A DNA stretch of 22,518 nucleotides from NCBI GenBank assembly GCA_046757525.1, contig JBHHYI010000063.1, positions 1 to 22,518 on the forward strand, read 5' to 3'. The stretch comes from a bacterium (GTDB lineage Bacteria; Zhuqueibacterota; Zhuqueibacteria; Oceanimicrobiales; Oceanimicrobiaceae). The position numbers were made by a program, and so were the translations under genes. The notes under the pieces were generated by a model. The model ran no database searches, was not told where the DNA came from, and saw only the letters and a program-made list of their open reading frames with translations. Positions 1-6,792 of the stretch are shown one piece after another. Positions within the stretch are counted from its first letter, which is position 1. Every line of letters starts with the position of its first letter.

Positions 1-475
1 TAACGGCCAGATTACCGCTGGCGTCGCGGGAGCGCGCCTGGAAGTGGTAGGTGGTTCCGGCCTGCAACCCGGTGAGCACCTGGCTGTGCGAAGTGACCAG
101 CTCGGTCTGCAAAGCAGAGGTGGTGTCGTAGGTGGTGTCCACACCAAAGACCACCTCACTGTCTGCGGCTTCGTCGGTGCTCCAGGTGATGGTTGCCTGG
201 CTGGCTGAGAGGTTCTGCGCCGCCACCTGGGAGATCACCGGCGGCGTGGTGTCCGGCGCTACGGTGGTGAAGGAGAAATCTGCGCTAACCGCCAGATTGC
301 CGCTGGCGTCGCGGGAGCGCACCTGGAAGTGGTAGGTGGTTCCGGCGTTCAGACCGGTGAGCACCTGACTGTGCGAAGTGACCAGCTCGGTCTGCAAAGC
401 GGAGGTAGTGCCGTAGGTGGTGTCCACGCCAAAGGCCACCTGAGTGTCTGCGGCTTCGTCGGTGGCCCAGGTGAT
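1..475. repeat. Intragenic tandem duplication with a 285-bp period (95-codon FN3 unit): 1-190 closely matches 286-475
   Basis: For example taacggccagattaccgctggcgtcgcgggagcgcgcctggaagtggtaggtggttccgg (from 1) versus taaccgccagattgccgctggcgtcgcgggagcgcacctggaagtggtaggtggttccgg (from 286); gtgcgaagtgaccagctcggtctgcaaagc is identical in both copies. Confidence 0.95.
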
Positions 476-3400
476 CGAGGCCGAGTCGGTGGTGATGCTT
501 GCGACTGCGACATTGCCGATTGCGGGTGGCGTGGTGTCGGCGAAAGCCGTGGCGCCAAAACTGATTCTTGTTGCCAGACCTTCTGCTCGCACTTCCACTG
601 TTTGTCGCCCACTGAGCCCTCCCAGGGTCCATCTGTCCCAGGCCGTGCCGTCGCCAGCCGTGACCACCGGATTAGGCCGCGAGAGGGTTCCGCCTCCCTT
701 TGTCACATTAAAAAAGACCCTCACACCCGCAACCGCCTGGCTATCGGCGGTGAGGACTTTAATTCTGAGAGATTGGGGTAGTGGGGTGTGCAGCAGCGCT
801 GTTTGACCATTGCCGCTTTCAATCCGGATTTGGGCCGGTGTCCTGGTCATGGTGCGCAAGGCTGCTTGCGCCATCAAATAGGCGCCATCACCGTAAGGAT
901 ATTGAATGCCGGTGCCCAGTTTCCGACTCACATAGTAATCGTAGTCGCCGACAGAAGTGCCCTCGGTGACATCGTTTACCTGGACTCCGGCGACGTCTTC
1001 AGAGATTTCGGTTAGCAATCCTACTTTGGCCCTGTCTAAATTGTTCTGCAAGGACTTGTCCACATAGCCCCTGAATATTCCGCGAGCCAGACCGTAAGCG
1101 ATCTGCGCGCTGCCAGCGGTATCTTGAAAATTGTCCGGTCTTGCGCCTTTGTCCAGCACCGTGAACCACAACCCTGTGGCCGCATCCTGGACGTCAATGA
1201 ACCCTTGCATGAGTTTTTGGAAAATGGCAATTAGGGAATCGCGGCCAGAGTAAGTGAGCGGCAAATAATCCAGCACATCGGGAATGGCTATGGCCAGCCA
1301 GCTTGCGCCGCGCGACCAAAACTCCGGCGACCGGTGTGTAGTAGGATCAGCCCAGGCAGCGCTGCCGTCTTCATCCCAGCCATGATAAAAGAGTCCGGTG
1401 CCGCCATCTTGCAAATGTTTTGCGTGCAGAATAAGCTGTTGCACGGCTTCGTCAAAATACTGGCTGTCGCCGGTCACCGAGGCGAGCTTGGCAAAGAACA
1501 AGGCGATGCCGTTTACTGTGTCGCACCAGACTTGATCTCTGAGACGCAGGGTGTGCACGGTGGTGCCGTCGGAGGTGCGCAGGACGGTGGCGAAGTAATG
1601 GTCGGCGAGTTGTTGCGCGGCTGTGAGATACCTAAGTTGTTCGGTGATTTCATACAATGCCAGAATGATCATGCCCGGAAACGGATCCGGATCGTTATTG
1701 TTCAAGGCGATGTTGCCCGCCTGGTCCAGGTGGCCGGCGATCCACTGTTGCAAGTAGTCCAGGTAGGCTGCCTTACCCGTGGCTTCGTAAGCGCGCATGA
1801 TGCCCTGCATCCGGGTGGTGATTTTCCAATCGTCCAGGGGTAGCTGTGCCGGGTCGGGGGCTCTGGTCAAAATGTCATCAGTTAATTTGATTAGCCAGTC
1901 CTCCGGGGAGAGGGTGGTGAAAACGGTCTGGTCGCTGCTCGACTGATTCCCCGCACGATCCACACTGAAGACCTGGTACGTGTACTCTGTTTCGGGAAGC
2001 AATTTGGTGAGTGTTAGCGTGTGGGAGGTCGTCAGGTTACTGTCGGCCACGCGCTCGCGGTCCAAGCGGCCTCCTTCGCCGAACCGCACCAGGTCGGTGG
2101 TGGCTTCGTTGGTGCTCCAGGTGAAGGTGGCGCTGTTTGAGCTGAGTTTGGCAATCGATAGGCCCGACCTTAAAGGGGGCTGCGTGTCTTTAGTAATATT
2201 CAAGCTTTTCTGGTTTTGGTTGTCCAGACTGTCTTTGGCTGTCACGGTGATCGTGTTCAGCCCTTCGTGGAGAGGGAGGGTGGTTTTGAACGTATCGTTT
2301 GCCACCACCACCGCTTTCCCGTTGACCTGAATGCTGTCCACTGTGGCATCATCGAGGATTGCATCGACGATGGCTGAATCCTGGTTGGTGATGCTGTCTG
2401 CATCGGGTTGAAGGATGGTGATTGCGGGGGGCGTTGTGTCTTTTTCTTTCGGTGTACTAAAAGTGCCGTCTTTCGATGTGCCCTGATTGCCGCTGCTGTC
2501 GCGGCTTAACGCTCGATAATGGTATTGGGTCTCCGGAGTTAGACCGCTCAAAGTCACGGTGTGAAAGGTGGTCAATTCAGAATCTAACGGACTCCGGTTT
2601 CCGTAAGTGGTGTCAACACCCCATTCCACCTGGCTATCCCCATCTTCATTGGTGTTCCAGGTAATCACGGCGCTGTCTGAGCTGACCGTGCTGACGGCCA
2701 CGTTGCTGACGAAAGGCGCAAAAGTGTCTTTCAGTACAGATTCGACCTCGATGGCTGAAATCTTGGGGTTGTCTTTGACGGCTGTAAAAGTGATGTCGAG
2801 AACGCCGTTAGCGACTTCGGTCTCAACAGCATGCGCCAGGGCCACATTACGTCCCGCTTCGCCGAAGATATCCAGGTTATCCAGGGCCGGCTGGTTTTCC
2901 AGGAGCACATCGAAAAGGCGCAGTCCTCGCTTTCTGTAAAATATTTCAGCAAAATGCAAAGTGACCCGGTAAGTTCCGTTGACCGGCATGGTGAAGCGGT
3001 ACGCCTCCATGTTGAAACGCTCGCTTTGGTACAAAGCATCATCCGTGGTGTTGGCAATCTGAGTATTCTGCGCAAAGGTTCGACCCCCAACATAGCCCCA
3101 GGAACCCGCAGAATAAGCTTGATCTCCGGCCCAACTCTTGCCGTTGCCGGTGTAAGCCTGTCCGCCCGCGTTGACCCGCTGCACATAAGCCACAAATGCA
3201 GAAGTGGTGAAAGTAAAATCGCCGCTTTGCGACCGATTGCCGTTGGCGTCCTGCGACAAGACCCGGTAGTGATAGGTCGTGCTCGGTGCAAGGCCGGTGA
3301 CTGCCTGGGCATGCTGAGTGACCAGACCGGTCTGCAAAGTGGTCGTGCTGTCGTAATTCGTGTCGAAACCGTATTCGATCTGGGTATCTGCGGCCTCATC

Positions 3401-3889
3401 TGTTTGCCAGTTTACTGTCACACCTGTTGCACTTATGTTGCTGACGAAAACATTAGTGATGGCCGGCGGAGTCATATCCAGCGGTTCTGTGGTAAAGGTC
3501 AAGTCGTTGCTGGTGGTGGTATTGGCGTTGGCATCTTTGGACGTCACCCTGAAATGAAACAGCGTGTTGGCTGTCAGTCCGGCAAGCTCTATTCGGTGCT
3601 CGATCACCAGGTTGGAATCTAAAATCGCCGGATTGGCGTAGGTGGTGTCCAGGCCAAAGTCAACCCTGGAGTCGGCCAATTCGTCGGTGCTCCAGCTTAT
3701 CGTGGCCCCAAAAGAACCCAGCGTGCTTGCCGCAATATTCGACACCACCGGCGGCTGTGAATCCTTCACTGTGACGGTGATCGTTACCCGGGTAACGTCC
3801 GCAGCGTAGATCGGCCCGATGCCTGGCCCCTTCGGCATTTGGCTCAAGAAGCAGCCGCAAAGAAAACAAAGGATCTGGCGGTAGATCAT
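2..3889 (-). CDS. Large secreted multimodular glycoside hydrolase, 3' end outside the window (>=1296 aa): leader, FN3 x2, malectin, FN3, Ig-like, FN3, GH105/GH88-like unsaturated uronyl hydrolase domain, Big_1-like Ig, FN3 x2 and continuing
   Basis: Hand-translated; not in the ORF track because there is no stop before the window edge. ATG at 3889 overlaps the TGA of the upstream gene. N-terminus MIYRQILCFLCGCFLSQ. FN3 repeats at about 3485-3763, 3200-3478, 2450-2730, 1915-2188, 260-538 and 2-252 (consensus DTTPP..W.TDE.AD.QV.FG.DTTY..H...L.GL...T.YHF.V.S.D..GN). Malectin at about 2740-3180 (RVNAGG, TDDALYQSERF, YRVTLHFAEI, RLFDV, DNPKISAIEV). GH105-like domain at about 855-1900 (RTSDG..VH..QVWCD, TGLFYHGWDE..WADP..SPEFWSRG, TGLWFTVLDKG, GTSVGDYDYYVSR). 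Ig domains at about 2190-2440 (LHEGLNTITVTAKD) and 545-835 (SGNGQTA..WTLG). Confidence 0.92.
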   Translation of the reverse strand, partial: MIYRQILCFLCGCFLSQMPKGPGIGPIYAADVTRVTITVTVKDSQPPVVSNIAASTLGSFGATISWSTDELADSRVDFGLDTTYANPAILDSNLVIEHRIELAGLTANTLFHFRVTSKDANANTTTSNDLTFTTEPLDMTPPAITNVFVSNISATGVTVNWQTDEAADTQIEYGFDTNYDSTTTLQTGLVTQHAQAVTGLAPSTTYHYRVLSQDANGNRSQSGDFTFTTSAFVAYVQRVNAGGQAYTGNGKSWAGDQAYSAGSWGYVGGRTFAQNTQIANTTDDALYQSERFNMEAYRFTMPVNGTYRVTLHFAEIFYRKRGLRLFDVLLENQPALDNLDIFGEAGRNVALAHAVETEVANGVLDITFTAVKDNPKISAIEVESVLKDTFAPFVSNVAVSTVSSDSAVITWNTNEDGDSQVEWGVDTTYGNRSPLDSELTTFHTVTLSGLTPETQYHYRALSRDSSGNQGTSKDGTFSTPKEKDTTPPAITILQPDADSITNQDSAIVDAILDDATVDSIQVNGKAVVVANDTFKTTLPLHEGLNTITVTAKDSLDNQNQKSLNITKDTQPPLRSGLSIAKLSSNSATFTWSTNEATTDLVRFGEGGRLDRERVADSNLTTSHTLTLTKLLPETEYTYQVFSVDRAGNQSSSDQTVFTTLSPEDWLIKLTDDILTRAPDPAQLPLDDWKITTRMQGIMRAYEATGKAAYLDYLQQWIAGHLDQAGNIALNNNDPDPFPGMIILALYEITEQLRYLTAAQQLADHYFATVLRTSDGTTVHTLRLRDQVWCDTVNGIALFFAKLASVTGDSQYFDEAVQQLILHAKHLQDGGTGLFYHGWDEDGSAAWADPTTHRSPEFWSRGASWLAIAIPDVLDYLPLTYSGRDSLIAIFQKLMQGFIDVQDAATGLWFTVLDKGARPDNFQDTAGSAQIAYGLARGIFRGYVDKSLQNNLDRAKVGLLTEISEDVAGVQVNDVTEGTSVGDYDYYVSRKLGTGIQYPYGDGAYLMAQAALRTMTRTPAQIRIESGNGQTALLHTPLPQSLRIKVLTADSQAVAGVRVFFNVTKGGGTLSRPNPVVTAGDGTAWDRWTLGGLSGRQTVEVRAEGLATRISFGATAFADTTPPAIGNVAVASITTDSASITWATDEAADTQVAFGVDTTYGTTSALQTELVTSHSQVLTGLNAGTTYHFQVRSRDASGNLAVSADFSFTTVAPDTTPPVISQVAAQNLSASQATITWSTDEAADSEVVFGVDTTYDTTSALQTELVTSHSQVLTGLQAGTTYHFQARSRDASGNLAV

Positions 3890-6588
3890 GGCGAATAGTA
3901 ATTGTAGTTTTGCTTTTGGCGCTGGTAATGATTGAGGTGCCATTTGCGCGCCTTTGCCGGGTTTAGGTTGGCCGCTTCATTCCAATAGATATGGAGTTCA
4001 TGCTGGGGATTATTCAGCACTACGATTTCCTCACGGTAATCCCCGGACACATCGGCCACAAAGATGCGACCCGCCTGTTCCGGCCACCAGCGCACGAATT
4101 CACCGGTCATGGGGTCGACGATGGCCACTTTGCCGTCGGCGTGGCGCTCTTTGGCCGCCAGCAAGGGTCGCGGCCCTCCGTCCCAGTCAAGGGTGAAAAT
4201 CGTTTCGATGCCTTCGATGGACCAGTCAAACGGCTTCGTTTCGTTCGTCTTCCATTGGGCGATCACAGTGCCGCTGGCGTCGAACACCCAGGGGCTTTGA
4301 TCGACGTTAAAACGACTGCGGCACCAGACCTCCAGGCCGGGTCTGGTCAGGTCAAAATCGCCGATAGCGGTGTTTTGCGGCTCGTCGCCATTGCGGGAGG
4401 CGTAAATAAAAACCTGGTCCGGATTGACAAACGCCACCCGATCGCTTTGGCGATGGGATTCTTCCAGCAGCACAGCTTCCAGGCCGCGCACTTCGGGTTT
4501 AATGTCTGCAATGCTGATAGCATCCAGATGTCCGCGAATGTGACGATAATTCCAGGTGTTCATGCGCGAGCCGTCGTCGTCCACAAACACCCCCCCCGCC
4601 ACTTCGTCCAGGCCATCGTTGTCGATGTCAACAGCGCGAAAACCTCCGTGCCGAACACCGTAGTAATCGTTTCTCGACCAGAGCAGCTTTCCCGTGTCCA
4701 GGGCAATGGCGGCAATCCAGGGAAAGGGGTTCTTGACGTCAAAATTATTCGGATCGTGATCGGCCTGAAGAATGAGGTCCTTGTCGCCTTTCCCGCGGAG
4801 ATTCACAATCTGGATTTGGCCCCAACGACCGATTCCTCCTTGCGGGGTTGGCAGCGCCAGGGTTCTCTCAACTACGCCCGTGCGACCATTTCGAATGATG
4901 AGCGAATGGCCCGTGTCCAGGTGGAGTACTTCTACTTGACCATCGTCATCGATATCGCCGGCGGCCAAACCAGGCCCAAACAGACCCGGCAGGCCGTAGG
5001 TGACTTCGTTGATGCGCAGATCCACATCTTCGACCCACAGCGGCGTGCCGTAGTGCGAGTAGGCGCCGATAGTAGCCCGACTGGTTTGACTGGACAAAGG
5101 CCCGTCCTTGGTGGAAACCAGATAATCCAGCAGGCCGTCGCCGTCGAGGTCCGCAACGATGATGCCCCCCCTGTCACCAATGCTTGGCTGGGGAATGGGA
5201 ATGACAAAAGGGTTGCTGTCATACTGTGGCCACTTCTCATCGTCTACCTGAAGCGTCACCGAATAAGTTCCTTCTTTGTCGTAAACATGGGCCGGATTGG
5301 TCTCCTGGGAGGTTTGGCCGTCGCCAAAGAACCAACGGAACCTGAGGGAGTCCCCGTCTGCGTCAAAGCTCTTCGAGGCGCGGAACTGCACAAGCTCGCC
5401 AGGTTGAACAGTTATCTTGTTGTCCACCAGGCTCTTGCCAGCGACCGCAACGGTGACTCGAGGTGGATTGTTCGTTGGTGGTGCCCCAAGAAGCCGCGTG
5501 GAGAAAGTAGAATCGTTGCTGATGGCGAGAGTGCCTCCCGAATTGCGCGACATGACCCGAAAATGGTAGGTCTGATTGTCAGTCAAGCCGGCCAGATCAA
5601 CGCTGTGTTCGGTTCCCAATTGCGCCTCTAAAGGTGAGGTGCTGCCGTATTCACGGGTGAGGCCGTAGTCAATTTGCGTGTCGGCCGCCTGGTCGGTCAC
5701 CCAGGTAATGGTTGCGCTGGCCGTACTAATGTTTCGAACAGCAATGGTGGAAATCCTTGCTGCGGTTGTGGTTTTGAACGTAGAGTCCTGACCCACTGCG
5801 GAGGTGCTCTGGCCGTCTCCAGAGATCGCCCTGAAATGATAGGTGGTATCGCTTTGCAGGCCGCTCAGGACAATCCCGTGGTGGACCACGCGATTGGTGT
5901 CGTTCTCTGTGGTGAACCCATAGGTGGTGTCGAAACCATATTCAACTCGAGAAGTGCTGACTCCGTTCGTCACCCATTCGATGAGCACAGAGACCTGCGA
6001 AAGGTGCGCCACGCTCACGTCTGTTATCTTGAGGCGGTTGCTGTCGCTGGCAGCTTGCGTCACAAACTGATGGTCGGCGCTGATGCCCGCGTTGCCCTCC
6101 GAGTCCCGAGAGATGACCCTGAAATGGTAGGTTTTGGCTGCCAGCAATCCCGTAACGGTCTGACGGTGGCTGATGACCAATTGGCTGTCTAACGCGCTGG
6201 TTGTGCCATAAGTAGTATCGGGACCAAACTCCACCTGGGAATCGCTCAGCTCATCGGTGCGCCAGGAGAAAGTTGCGGAGCTATCGGTGACGCCGGTTAC
6301 TTGAATGTCGCTCACAACGGGAGCAGTTGAATCAGCCGGGCTCTGCGCGGGAGCAGACTCGAGGAAAGTGACTAATTGAATGACAAAGAACGAGATGATT
6401 AAACGCTTTTTGGATGCGAGTACTATTTCAAAAATACGCAATCGTGATTCAAATATAAGAGTTAGAGATCGTAGATTAAGTAGTGTTGTGTGAAACAATC
6501 TTCGTTCAAAAATAGTGCCTATTCTTGACAATGATTCCCTGGGTTTAAAGTTTTCTTGTGTATTGTTTTCTTGTAAATTACGTAGCAT
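3886..6588 (-). CDS. Secreted modular protein (about 900 aa): FN3 x3, PKD, FG-GAP beta-propeller resembling a divergent PL11 (YesW-type) polysaccharide lyase
   Basis: ORF 3886..6651; preferred start is the ATG at 6588, which has GGAGG 7 nt upstream. Signal/anchor-like segment KKRLIISFFVIQLVTFLESAPAQ. Three FN3 repeats at about 5500-6333. PKD at about 5236-5472 (RWFFGDG..NPAHVY..GTYSVTLQVDD). Ca-binding DxDxDG loops (DLDGDG, DIDDDG, DIDNDG). PL11-like motifs RHGGFRAVDIDNDGLDEV, GHLDAISIADIKP..GLE, GDFD..RPGLEVW, ADVSGDYREEIVV..ELHIY. Confidence 0.85.
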   Translation of the reverse strand: MLRNLQENNTQENFKPRESLSRIGTIFERRLFHTTLLNLRSLTLIFESRLRIFEIVLASKKRLIISFFVIQLVTFLESAPAQSPADSTAPVVSDIQVTGVTDSSATFSWRTDELSDSQVEFGPDTTYGTTSALDSQLVISHRQTVTGLLAAKTYHFRVISRDSEGNAGISADHQFVTQAASDSNRLKITDVSVAHLSQVSVLIEWVTNGVSTSRVEYGFDTTYGFTTENDTNRVVHHGIVLSGLQSDTTYHFRAISGDGQSTSAVGQDSTFKTTTAARISTIAVRNISTASATITWVTDQAADTQIDYGLTREYGSTSPLEAQLGTEHSVDLAGLTDNQTYHFRVMSRNSGGTLAISNDSTFSTRLLGAPPTNNPPRVTVAVAGKSLVDNKITVQPGELVQFRASKSFDADGDSLRFRWFFGDGQTSQETNPAHVYDKEGTYSVTLQVDDEKWPQYDSNPFVIPIPQPSIGDRGGIIVADLDGDGLLDYLVSTKDGPLSSQTSRATIGAYSHYGTPLWVEDVDLRINEVTYGLPGLFGPGLAAGDIDDDGQVEVLHLDTGHSLIIRNGRTGVVERTLALPTPQGGIGRWGQIQIVNLRGKGDKDLILQADHDPNNFDVKNPFPWIAAIALDTGKLLWSRNDYYGVRHGGFRAVDIDNDGLDEVAGGVFVDDDGSRMNTWNYRHIRGHLDAISIADIKPEVRGLEAVLLEESHRQSDRVAFVNPDQVFIYASRNGDEPQNTAIGDFDLTRPGLEVWCRSRFNVDQSPWVFDASGTVIAQWKTNETKPFDWSIEGIETIFTLDWDGGPRPLLAAKERHADGKVAIVDPMTGEFVRWWPEQAGRIFVADVSGDYREEIVVLNNPQHELHIYWNEAANLNPAKARKWHLNHYQRQKQNYNYYSP

Positions 6589-6792
6589 GTCGGATCCTCC
6601 CTCTGAAGAATTCCAGAAGCAATTATGGACTTGGTGCCACATTTCTGACATTTATTCCATAGAATTAAGGCAACAAAGCCAGGAGCGGTCAGATATTTTG
6701 TCTTGTGGTTGCTCATGGGTTTACGCATTTTGATAGATAGGTAATTAAATTATTAAGGATACAGTTAAGTAAGTATTAAGAGAAGGCCGAAA
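6589..6792. promoter_or_regulatory. AT-rich divergent intergenic region expected to carry promoters for both the glycan-enzyme operon and the Zn-finger gene
   Basis: Head-to-head gene arrangement; visibly AT-rich relative to the flanks (e.g. gtaattaaattattaaggatacagttaagtaagtattaag); AGAAGG precedes ATG 6793. No clean -35/-10 pair could be assigned. Confidence 0.55.

Noticed and set aside
132..3869. Many short ORFs on both strands over the left block (e.g. 329..781, 1334..1843, 2831..3622, 2731..3399)
   Set aside because: They are shadow or alternate-frame ORFs of the single uninterrupted minus-strand CDS 2..3889, which has recognisable domains throughout.
4590..4597. C8 (G8 on the coding strand) homopolymer as a phase-variation tract
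   Set aside because: Only 8 nt, in frame (Ala-Gly-Gly-Val), and plausible by chance in a window of this size and GC content.
3991..6192. Long plus-strand ORFs 3991..5631 (546 aa) and 5674..6192
   Set aside because: In-register antisense of the FN3-PKD-propeller gene; no motifs of their own.
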